A stretch of 64,000 nt of DNA from a virus, in IMG/VR virus record IMGVR_UViG_3300046779_002065, positions 1-64,000 of that record. One strand, 5' to 3'. The position numbers were made by a program, and so were the translations under genes. Each line of letters starts with the position of its first letter. Position 1 is the first letter of the stretch. The notes below the pieces were generated by a model, which searched no databases, had not been told where the DNA came from, and saw nothing but the letters and a program-made list of their open reading frames with translations. Positions 1-8,254 of this stretch are shown here, piece by piece.

Positions 1-760
1 TCCCCAGCACCGTTGTCCGGGTACGCAGCGCGTACGGGTCCGAAGTCGATCCTTGTCCGTCCAACGGAGTACGCTTCGGTTACTTGTCGCGGCAGCGCAT
101 CGTCGGAGTTCTCTCCAGGAGAAGTAAACCAGTCTTGTTACTCTCTATAGAGAGAGAAGAGATACCTCCCAAATTCTCACCAGCGTTGTCTTGTCTCTCT
201 CTCTATAGGAAAATGAGACCCAACTCACAACGTAGCATTGATTATCAACAAGTTACTATTTAACTCAAATCCGGAATCTCTACGTCCCAGCTCCTTGTCG
301 GAGTAGATTACGACCTGGCAGTATACCCTTTTACCCCAGTTAACCGCTTAGCACCGCATGTTTCACCGCTTAGACGGTGTGGGGCTGCGCCGCCACACCT
401 TGGTTGTATACAGTATGACATAGTCAGATCCACTACGTGGATGCTGCGACTCAGTTCTACACGATTCTCTTACAATTCTCTGCGGTAACTCGTTGATTGT
501 GAGAGAGTTTACGCGAAGGTGTCATCCTCACCACCCTTATTAATCCGTTTGCTCAACACAGTAAACCTTACATTCGGGTCTCTCACCCAGGTTGCATTAG
601 ATAGCTAGCAATACTAGTTTACGAGACAAGTAACTAACTACTCTCTACAGTATCTCTCTATAGAGTATCTATCTATTATCTCTCTCTATGTTATTCTTTC
701 TCTCTCTTAGGAGGAAGAAGATAAACACCACCGCCAAGTCGTACCCCAATAACCACAACT

Positions 761-979
761 ATGAAACATATCAGACTATTAAAAGATCTACCTGACGTAG
801 ACGTGTGTACTTTCTTCAAAATTGAAGACAAGTTCTATGAAGTCATCTGTCTTACCTATCAAGATAAAGGCAAACTATGCAGAATCAATCCTAGAAGGTC
901 TTGTAACAAACCTTATGTAACTCTTGATAAGGAAGATTACTCAGTAGTAGTTAACTATAGAAGATATAAGAAAGCGTAA
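761..979 (+). CDS. small hypothetical early protein
   Basis: 72-aa ATG ORF, first of a co-directional, tightly packed gene run. Confidence 0.55.
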   Translation: MKHIRLLKDLPDVDVCTFFKIEDKFYEVICLTYQDKGKLCRINPRRSCNKPYVTLDKEDYSVVVNYRRYKKA

Positions 980-993
980 CAGCTTGCTTCATC

Positions 994-1350
994 TTGTCCT
1001 CAATAACCAGAACGATGAAACCATTAACTATACTAGATGATTTACTCGAACAGTTAAAGTCGAGAGAACTATCATACATCCTGATACCATGCGACAACAT
1101 TGCTGATGCAAGAAACCTTGCTTGTAAGTTAGGTGAAAGAAATGTCAAATGGTTAACAAGTGCTGATAATGTAAGAAGATATAATAACAATTGGACTTTA
1201 TGGAAAGAACACAGTTTATACGTTATCCAACGTTCAATTGTTACTGGAACAATTAAATTGAAAGTTCTTCATATACAAGGCTTTATCTGGTATGAAGATA
1301 CATATCACGTTGTTCTTCATCCTCATGCTATAATTAACTCACAACTATGA
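994..1350 (+). CDS. hypothetical protein, ~115-aa paralogue family copy 1 (likely start ATG 1015)
   Basis: MKPLTILDD..ILIPC..VKW..W..Y pattern shared with five other ORFs; overlaps next ORF by ATGA. Confidence 0.75.
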   Translation: MSSITRTMKPLTILDDLLEQLKSRELSYILIPCDNIADARNLACKLGERNVKWLTSADNVRRYNNNWTLWKEHSLYVIQRSIVTGTIKLKVLHIQGFIWYEDTYHVVLHPHAIINSQL

Positions 1351-1676
1351 AACCATTAGATATATTCCAACAGTTGCTAGATAAACTAGTTAATGGAGAC
1401 ATCAAACTTATTCTTATACCGTGTGACAAAGCTTTGTTTGCTACATTACTTCTAGACAAACTAAATGAGTACGGTCTATTATGGGAGCACGATGTTCAAG
1501 TGTCTTGGTATGAGCATAAGTATGAGACTTGTTATTTCATTCATGTCATGCCAGGCATTACACCTCCTAGACAAAGCATTTACGTTGCAACAATGACTAT
1601 ATCACAATGTGAACTAGGAATGTCGTCAGTAATGAGTCGTCAATATGCTATGTTACATGTTACCGCAATTATCTAA
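1347..1676 (+). CDS. paralogue family copy 2
   Basis: MKPLDIFQQLLD..ILIPC..LLW..W..TCY. Confidence 0.75.
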   Translation: MKPLDIFQQLLDKLVNGDIKLILIPCDKALFATLLLDKLNEYGLLWEHDVQVSWYEHKYETCYFIHVMPGITPPRQSIYVATMTISQCELGMSSVMSRQYAMLHVTAII

Positions 1677-1679
1677 CCT

Positions 1680-2030
1680 ATGAAAAAGTTAAATATATTC
1701 AAACACTTTGTAAACGAGTTGATGAGAGAACGAATAAAAGTCATTCTTGTAGTGTGTCCAGATAACGATGGTGCAACACACTTTTTTCAAGTACTTAGTA
1801 AAGACCATCCAAGAATACTATGGTGGTCAGATCATTCACGTATATCTCCAAGTAAAACCCGTTGGTCTGACATCAATACTGCATACTCTCTAGTACTTAT
1901 AAAAGGATATTACCATGATTACATTGTACTGACAACTGTCAACGCTAAAGGTGCGATTATCAATCTAAAGAATCTAAACACACCTCATGTAGTGATCATG
2001 AATCCATCTGCAATTGACTATGAACTATGA
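1680..2030 (+). CDS. paralogue family copy 3
   Basis: MKKLNIF..ILVVCP..WWSD..TRW..TAY. Confidence 0.75.
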   Translation: MKKLNIFKHFVNELMRERIKVILVVCPDNDGATHFFQVLSKDHPRILWWSDHSRISPSKTRWSDINTAYSLVLIKGYYHDYIVLTTVNAKGAIINLKNLNTPHVVIMNPSAIDYEL

Positions 2031-2368
2031 AAGAACTAGATATACTACAAGACATGCTTGACGATCTTGCATCTGAGAAGATTCGTTATCTAATCATACC
2101 CTGTAATAATGAACATACAGCTGTGTACATCATGAAAGCGTTAGCAATGAAAGGAATCAAATGGTCTGACAACACGGAATTAAATGAGAATACAAAATGG
2201 CAGATATACGGTAAAGAAACATTGTATGCTATTGAAGAGTATATCAGTCCTCGTACTGGTGAACATACGTTTCAGTTAATATACGGTTGTATGGATAACA
2301 TTCAAAGTCATATCATCGACAGATTTGACTATGCAATATTACCACATCAAGCAATCCTATTGTCCTAG
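2027..2368 (+). CDS. paralogue family copy 4
   Basis: MKELDILQD..LIIPC..IKWSD..TKW..TLY. Confidence 0.75.
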   Translation: MKELDILQDMLDDLASEKIRYLIIPCNNEHTAVYIMKALAMKGIKWSDNTELNENTKWQIYGKETLYAIEEYISPRTGEHTFQLIYGCMDNIQSHIIDRFDYAILPHQAILLS

Positions 2369-2512
2369 TACGACGTTAAACTACTAAACATGAAAGGGTG
2401 ATGACCAACATCAAACTCAAACTCAGGTTGTGAACATAAGCTAGTTCACGTAATACCAAAAACAAGGAGTAGCGTCCAACAACACCTGAGTATGTGTAAA
2501 CTGCTCAAATAT

Positions 2513-2672
2513 GAGAGAGTGGCGAAATAGAGCAGACGCTACCCAAGATTTAGTGAGACTTCCCATAAGGTCGGAGCGAGTTGTTTAGAATTGTTTACAT
2601 CGGAGCGTGTTGTTTACAGTTGTTTAACAATTATGCTAAATCATGTAGGTTCGAATCCTACCTCTCTCACAA
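2513..2672 (+). ncRNA. tRNA-like RNA A (Leu-type D-arm, large insert in place of anticodon arm)
   Basis: Acceptor GAGAGAG/CTCTCTC, then TGGCGAAAT..AGACGC, T-arm GTAGG-TTCGAAT-CCTAC, 3' A-CAA; insert closed by GATTTAGT/GCTAAATC. Confidence 0.7.
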
Positions 2673-2673
2673 A

Positions 2674-3047
2674 GTGTTGTTCCTGATACGGTAAGCAAAC
2701 CGTTACGAGATGAAGGGTACTCAAAACTAGAGTATAAGTTCTCTACAACACTGAGGACTTCTCATCCTCTCTTTCTGCATCTCACGTGGAATCATTTTAG
2801 GAAGGTCAGCTTGTAATGCTGACAAGGCACATGGGTTTAACCGCATGTAAGGATAAAATGAAATCATACTGATTACAAACTGCCTGATTGGTAGACAGGA
2901 AGACTCTGATCGCATTGTCTTAACAAAAAACCAGTAATCAGTCTCACAAGGGTGAGCAAGTTGTAATACACCATACAGGTCTAACAGTAAGAATTCATTC
3001 AATTGATATCTACTGTATGTTCTTGTATTACAACTTGAGTGCAGAAG
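2674..3047 (+). ncRNA. putative multi-stem structured RNA(s)
   Basis: No credible ORF; stems GTGTTGT/ACAACAC, TTCTGCA/TGCAGAA, ACTGATTAC/GTAATCAGT and a perfect 14-bp CAAGTTGTAATACA/TGTATTACAACTTG. Confidence 0.5.
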
Positions 3048-3077
3048 GAATCACCTTGTACTTAATAACGAAACATT

Positions 3078-3647
3078 ATGTCTTTAAATAAACAACACTT
3101 AGAAGAGTTGCTACTAAAAGTAACTCATTTTATGCCAATTGCCATAATAGGCGGTAGTCTTATGCTACAAACACGCGGTCTCATAAGTAGAGAACCCAAT
3201 GATGTTGACCTTATTGTTCCTAATTATTTCGCTTTTACCAAATTCTTAGAGCGTCTACCTGAAATAGAAGTAGGTCATACAGGTGATGATGCACTCAGTA
3301 ATACTTGTGAGGACGTCTTTGGTAATAAAATTCAACGCATTGGTTGCAGGTACAAAAGCATTAAAATCTGTGTCTTTAAAGTACCATCCGAACAGTTTCG
3401 GTACGATTGCAAAAACATCTTTATAATGAAAGATATACAGATACGTGTGCAGAGACCTATGTTTACTATTGAAGCCAAACGCCTGTATGTCAAAGATCAT
3501 TTCTTAAAAAGCACCGTTGCAAGTCCCTATATTTTAAAGCATATTCATGACCTTAAAGAAATTGCTCGTAGTATGGGGTTAAGTGATGAGGATGCTCTCC
3601 TGGAGAAAGAGCAACGCCCACGTTTCAAACCATTTCCTCCATTTTAA
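3078..3647 (+). CDS. Pol-beta superfamily nucleotidyltransferase
   Basis: hGGS..DxD signature: IIGGSLML..REPNDVDLIV. Confidence 0.65.
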   Translation: MSLNKQHLEELLLKVTHFMPIAIIGGSLMLQTRGLISREPNDVDLIVPNYFAFTKFLERLPEIEVGHTGDDALSNTCEDVFGNKIQRIGCRYKSIKICVFKVPSEQFRYDCKNIFIMKDIQIRVQRPMFTIEAKRLYVKDHFLKSTVASPYILKHIHDLKEIARSMGLSDEDALLEKEQRPRFKPFPPF

Positions 3648-3667
3648 TCCAACCATTATCTTATTTT

Positions 3668-4564
3668 ATGAAAACTGAAAATAATCCGAAAAAGACTAAA
3701 CCTGCTCCTGGAAAGAGTAAGGCAATGTCGACTACTGAAACAGTAGTTAAGAAAGGTCCTGGTAGACCTAAAAAAACCGAGTTACCAACCAACTTCATCA
3801 GAGTAAGAATCCTCACTCAAAACGAGTTGAACGCAAAAGGGATAGGTGATTATGGTCAACCTAGATCATGGAGTCCATACATGAATTACTTGTGCGGAAA
3901 ATTGCTGTTTGTAGAAAATATGCAAAAAGACGGTTCTTTTACAATTAAGAATAAAAATCCTAAAGCTACGTATCCTCATAGAGATTGGACTATTTACCCT
4001 GAATTCTACATCAAAGAAGATGAACCAGGTTATGAGTTACCAACGACTGTTACTGAAGAAACAACTTCTTCTACCACCATTACAATTGAAGTACCTGAAG
4101 GATGTGTTATTGACACAGAAAACAGTACTGCTACTAAACTGGTGTTTAAGAAAGTTTCTGTCCAAAAAGAGAAACCCAAAGCATTACCTAAAACTTGGGA
4201 AGAAGTAAAATACTTTGATGGGTTTTATGTCAGCGCTATTGGACAAACAGTATCATTAGAGAAAATAAAAGCGGCTAACACTAATAGAAACACGTTTAAA
4301 ACTAAAGAACAAGCAGAAGCATCTATCGCACTTGCTCAGTTGTCAATCTTGCGTGAGATTTATCGTCAAGGTTGGGTTCCTGATTGGAGTAAAGATGAAG
4401 GTCCTAATATAAAATGGTGTATTCATTACATTGAAGGAAAACCAGAAATTGACTCATGGCGCACTCGTGAATTCTTTTTATCATTTGAATCCAAAGCAAT
4501 TGCTGAACAGTTTTTAGAAAACTTCTGTGACTTAATCGAACAAGCAAGACCTTTAATGTCTTAA
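3668..4564 (+). CDS. hypothetical protein with N-terminal AT-hook-like motif
   Basis: 298-aa ORF containing KKGPGRPKK; followed by a hairpin. Confidence 0.75.
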   Translation: MKTENNPKKTKPAPGKSKAMSTTETVVKKGPGRPKKTELPTNFIRVRILTQNELNAKGIGDYGQPRSWSPYMNYLCGKLLFVENMQKDGSFTIKNKNPKATYPHRDWTIYPEFYIKEDEPGYELPTTVTEETTSSTTITIEVPEGCVIDTENSTATKLVFKKVSVQKEKPKALPKTWEEVKYFDGFYVSAIGQTVSLEKIKAANTNRNTFKTKEQAEASIALAQLSILREIYRQGWVPDWSKDEGPNIKWCIHYIEGKPEIDSWRTREFFLSFESKAIAEQFLENFCDLIEQARPLMS

Positions 4565-4569
4565 TTAAC

Positions 4570-4592
4570 AGAGGGACATTCGTGTCCCTCTC
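4570..4592 (+). terminator. hairpin (terminator or processing stem)
   Basis: AGAGGGACA-TTCG-TGTCCCTCT, no strong U-tract. Confidence 0.45.
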
Positions 4593-4606
4593 TAAATGAC
4601 CTCAAT

Positions 4607-4760
4607 GGCGGAGTAGCAGAACGCGTCACACGACCGGAATATGCGGTGATGTTAAAGTGGTGTAAACGTAACACCATGTATTGCATTATGCTCTTAAGTC
4701 AGGACCCTAAGTACACGGGAAATGATGAGGGATGGAGGTTCGAATCCTTCTTCCGCCACC
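4607..4760 (+). ncRNA. tRNA-like RNA D with large internal insert
   Basis: Acceptor GGCGGAG/TTCCGCC, T-arm GGAGG-TTCGAAT-CCTTC, 3' A-CC. Confidence 0.6.
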
Positions 4761-4900
4761 GTACCAGATGCAACAATAAGAATGACGGACGTGTTGCATT
4801 AGTTGGTTGTCCGTACCTATGTGCTACAGGTCGAACTGGGTTAAACAATAACTCGAGGAAGCATAAAAATCGTGACAGCTCGGAAAGTACGAGCAAATAT

Positions 4901-5037
4901 GGTCAGGTGGCGGAAAAGTATAGACGCTATTAGTTGTGTAAGATGAGTATAGGGGTGGATCCCTACCACTCATGCCAGGTAACCACGCCAGAGAAGCAAC
5001 TATACCATTACAGGTTCAAATCCTGTCCTGACTACAA
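4901..5037 (+). ncRNA. tRNA-like RNA B (Leu-type D-arm, insert in place of anticodon arm)
   Basis: Acceptor GGTCAGG/CCTGACT, TGGCGGAAA..AGACGC, T-arm ACAGG-TTCAAAT-CCTGT, 3' A-CAA; insert closed by TAGTTG/CAACTA. Confidence 0.7.
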
Positions 5038-5164
5038 AATGGTATCAACTGCGGTTCCTTAATAGGTGAAAGTTTACCCAACGTATGTTGGGAGTAATAA
5101 ACCGAACATAACTATCGGAACAAAAGTGAGGACAAACGCAGATAGCCTCACACCATTTTTTTAC

Positions 5165-5314
5165 AGTTAGATGGCGGAACAGAGCAGACGCTAGACTATC
5201 CAGGTTAGAGATGCCCGACTCAAAGGAGTCCGTAGAAATGTGCAAAGGGAAGCATAGGGGATGGTTAAGTTGACCCCTCATCTCGTACGAGTTCAAATCT
5301 CGTTCTAACTACAA
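5165..5314 (+). ncRNA. tRNA-like RNA C (Leu-type D-arm, insert in place of anticodon arm)
   Basis: Acceptor AGTTAGA/TCTAACT, TGGCGGAAC..AGACGC, T-arm ACGAG-TTCAAAT-CTCGT, 3' A-CAA; insert closed by GAGATG/CATCTC. Confidence 0.7.
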
Positions 5315-5429
5315 AGGGTGCTGTTACCCTTCATTAACAGCAAATCTGCTTTTCTGCTGACTTCACTGTGGTGGTATTTACTACCACAGTAAGGAGTCAG
5401 TGGTCCTCAATTCAAGAAAAACCACAATC

Positions 5430-5720
5430 ATGAACGCATATAGAATTTATCACCCGGTCGGGGGTGTCCTCAACACGGAATGTGTGAGGGGACAGCACGA
5501 GTACGAAGTAATAGCGGATATCCCAGCTATCTCGTTACATCAAGCTTACTTCAAAAGTCAGAACGACTTCAATGATGAGTACGCGTTGCTGGACAAACGT
5601 AGTACCAGTGTTGGTGACATCATCCAGGATCCACGAGGCAAGACATTCATGATCAAGCCAATGGGGTTCGATGAAGTACCAGGAAATGTTACAAGGTTTG
5701 TAGACTGGGGTAATCATTGA
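5430..5720 (+). CDS. YodL-like hypothetical protein
   Basis: RSTSVGDII resembles the YodL-domain S-x-SV-x-D motif; ATG at 5430 after an A-rich leader. Confidence 0.55.
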   Translation: MNAYRIYHPVGGVLNTECVRGQHEYEVIADIPAISLHQAYFKSQNDFNDEYALLDKRSTSVGDIIQDPRGKTFMIKPMGFDEVPGNVTRFVDWGNH

Positions 5721-5742
5721 TTGCCCCTCATTCTTTTTCCTT

Positions 5743-6105
5743 ATGAAAATGATTAGTCACATTGATGGTATGTTTCCAACGCTTCTTACAGATCTAGCTA
5801 AAGAAAGGATTCTTGCCATTGGTATTATCTGTCCAGACCATGTTGACGCTTGTAAATTGATGGATCGATTTCGTCTCCATCATTTGTTGAAATGGGCGAC
5901 AGGTGAAGAACCGAGTTCATTTAATAGCAATTGGTTAAGGCACCAAGAAAGAACAGCTTATGTTTTACGCTACAACAACGGTACTTATATTGATCCACCA
6001 GCTATTCGTATTACTACATGTAACACTGAATTTTTGGAAGAGTACATTAAGTATTATCCACACAAAACTATTCCTGTCCTCCACGCTAAAGCTTTAATCT
6101 CATGA
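5743..6105 (+). CDS. paralogue family copy 5
   Basis: IGIICP..LLKWATG..NW..TAY..HAKALI. Confidence 0.75.
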   Translation: MKMISHIDGMFPTLLTDLAKERILAIGIICPDHVDACKLMDRFRLHHLLKWATGEEPSSFNSNWLRHQERTAYVLRYNNGTYIDPPAIRITTCNTEFLEEYIKYYPHKTIPVLHAKALIS

Positions 6106-6449
6106 ACTTCTTAGAATTTCAACCTGATAAGGTTCATGGTGTAGTCATTATCTGTCCTAGTGAACATCAAGCCAGGTTACTGATGACGTATCTACAACTT
6201 AACACATGTGTCAAATGGAGTGGTGGATCGGATTTATCTTCTGATGATACACACTGGCAACATAAAAAGACAAACACAGGTTATCTCATTGCATTATACG
6301 ATAATAGCATGTCTTATGGAGACATTAACACACGAGCTGTACAAGAATTTTATAACAAACCTTACTACCATACTATCCATGTAGACATGCTTATCGAACA
6401 ACTAGATTTTAAACACCAATTATTCGGATATGAAAACAGAAATTATTAA
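6102..6449 (+). CDS. paralogue family copy 6
   Basis: VVIICP..VKWSGG..THW..TGY. Confidence 0.7.
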   Translation: MNFLEFQPDKVHGVVIICPSEHQARLLMTYLQLNTCVKWSGGSDLSSDDTHWQHKKTNTGYLIALYDNSMSYGDINTRAVQEFYNKPYYHTIHVDMLIEQLDFKHQLFGYENRNY

Positions 6450-6903
6450 TAAAGTCGTGAATGTGCTCCCCTCGTTGAGGTACCACAAACGCGCAATCAT
6501 CGCATGTCGTGCTGATGATTCAAAACCTGTATTACGTCACATAAATACTAAAGACTATGTTACTCGTTCTACTTATGGTGAAGGTGAAATGATTGCTTTT
6601 CTCCAGGAGGATAAGGACAAAAATCTCTCTTTCAAATATATCGTAATCACTAAGTTCCTTACGGATTTAATAAGCGGAAGCGGACTTGTAGGTTTAGTAG
6701 TTGATGACGCTATTTCACAAGATTATCATTACAAAGTTAATGCTCAGGTCCTAGAATTCACTATGATTATGGGAGGTGCTAATTTAAACTGGTACAATAA
6801 CGACCAGGATGTAGCTCGTAAGCTACAGGAATTAGATATACCTGCGTCTAACGTATTCATCTTACCGTACGAAAAAGAAAGTGAGTTCTATGTTCTCCCC
6901 TGA
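6430..6903 (+). CDS. hypothetical protein
   Basis: 157-aa ORF overlapping both neighbours in operon fashion. Confidence 0.7.
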   Translation: MKTEIINKVVNVLPSLRYHKRAIIACRADDSKPVLRHINTKDYVTRSTYGEGEMIAFLQEDKDKNLSFKYIVITKFLTDLISGSGLVGLVVDDAISQDYHYKVNAQVLEFTMIMGGANLNWYNNDQDVARKLQELDIPASNVFILPYEKESEFYVLP

Positions 6904-7204
6904 AGACATGCCTGATGTGGTCATGAACCACTTTTATGAGCTAAAACGAGACAATCGACCTAATACCGTGTATTATATCGCTACAGATTATCCTATACCA
7001 CGTCGCAGTTATAAGTGTAGAGCACACATCAATATCATTGGTGTTTCATACAACAAACACAAAGGATTATGGGGTGTAGATAAAGCACATTACACGTTTA
7101 ATCAAGAACTATCAGGTCGTGAATTTATTCCAATTGACAAGTCAGAATTCATCTACCAGTACAACCGTATGCTGCTTGCATTAGGCAGTATCGAATTTGA
7201 ATAA
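6881..7204 (+). CDS. hypothetical protein
   Basis: 107-aa ORF in operon. Confidence 0.6.
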   Translation: MSSMFSPEDMPDVVMNHFYELKRDNRPNTVYYIATDYPIPRRSYKCRAHINIIGVSYNKHKGLWGVDKAHYTFNQELSGREFIPIDKSEFIYQYNRMLLALGSIEFE

Positions 7205-7239
7205 AATCTAGAGATGACATCTCATTAATCATGTCAACT

Positions 7240-7307
7240 TCCCTGTAAAATTAGCGGAACCAAAGTCAAAAGACGGAGGGAGTGTTCGAATCACTCACAG
7301 GGAGCAA
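7240..7307 (+). ncRNA. short tRNA-like RNA E (no clear D or anticodon arm)
   Basis: Acceptor TCCCTGT/ACAGGGA, T-arm GAGTG-TTCGAAT-CACTC, 3' G-CAA. Confidence 0.55.
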
Positions 7308-7324
7308 ACCAATTAACTCGCATA

Positions 7325-7549
7325 ATGCAAAATTTCAAACGTAAAAGAAGAAACGCTATCGGAATGATAGGTACTTCAAGATTATCATTTACCAACGCTA
7401 TTGCTCTCGCTGACTGGATTGCCAAAAATGTGCACGACCAGCATAAACAAGAGCGTCTCATGCTTCAAGGAGTACGTAATCAGTACACCATAGAAGTATC
7501 TGCGTTGGACTGTGCTGAATGGGTAAGCAGATCAGCTTCCCTGAACTAA
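7325..7549 (+). CDS. hypothetical protein
   Basis: 74-aa ATG ORF. Confidence 0.55.
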   Translation: MQNFKRKRRNAIGMIGTSRLSFTNAIALADWIAKNVHDQHKQERLMLQGVRNQYTIEVSALDCAEWVSRSASLN

Positions 7550-7568
7550 GTTCTACAAAAACCTCACG

Positions 7569-7889
7569 ATGTATAGGTTAATCGTTTTTATCTTTATTGC
7601 TATGATCAATCCTAAACTCGAAGAATTACTTAAGAAAGAAGGATACTTTGACTTACGTGAGATACCAGGTCGTGGAGTGTGTGGTCTTACCCAGTTTGCA
7701 TTTACTGTAGGCATTGTCTACGGTTTACATGCAGTAGGGTATGAAGGTCGCTATTGTTACCCACGTATGAAAGATGCAGTCGTTGCTTTCCACTCCTGGA
7801 ATGGAGAAGGCGACCCGTCCGGACCATGGATCAAACACAAAGGTACCGTTGAGTATCGTAACCCTAATCTAGAAGATGAAATTGACTAA
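7569..7889 (+). CDS. hypothetical protein (start may be ATG 7602)
   Basis: ORF in co-directional run. Confidence 0.65.
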   Translation: MYRLIVFIFIAMINPKLEELLKKEGYFDLREIPGRGVCGLTQFAFTVGIVYGLHAVGYEGRYCYPRMKDAVVAFHSWNGEGDPSGPWIKHKGTVEYRNPNLEDEID

Positions 7890-7891
7890 TT

Positions 7892-8254
7892 ATGAACTTC
7901 ATCCCACCATTTCCAGGAACCAGTTCCTTTAATTCTGCCCCGCAGAAAACGTTCAAACCCCTGATATTAACAGGTGTAATTCCCGTAAACACTGGTAATC
8001 GTGTCAGGTTCCTTAATGGACAGACCGTTGCTATTGGTAAATATTGCTCTTTACATGATGTTCCTGGTGATTTCGATCCCACGAAGTTCTGTGTCATGAG
8101 TGTTACCAAGCGTACGCTGAACGATTTATCGGGTGAATACGAAGATGTCAAAATGCGGTTTATCGCTGATATGAGTCCTGAAATGTACAAGGCATTCATA
8201 CAAGCACAAACTGCTGCCTACGCTTTAAAAGCAAAAGAAACCCTATCATTATGA
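7892..8254 (+). CDS. hypothetical protein
   Basis: 120-aa ORF; ATGA overlap with next gene. Confidence 0.65.
   Translation: MNFIPPFPGTSSFNSAPQKTFKPLILTGVIPVNTGNRVRFLNGQTVAIGKYCSLHDVPGDFDPTKFCVMSVTKRTLNDLSGEYEDVKMRFIADMSPEMYKAFIQAQTAAYALKAKETLSL

Noticed and set aside
4646-5296. ORFs 4646..4933 (+), 4699..4896 (-), 5045..5296 (-), and likewise 2727..3002 (-)
   Set aside because: They overlap structured RNA elements and have atypical composition; probably spurious
2513-5314. Intron-containing canonical tRNAs (group I or BHB)
   Set aside because: Inserts of about 100 nt or less are too small for group I cores, and I could not rebuild a 7-nt anticodon loop by removing any segment
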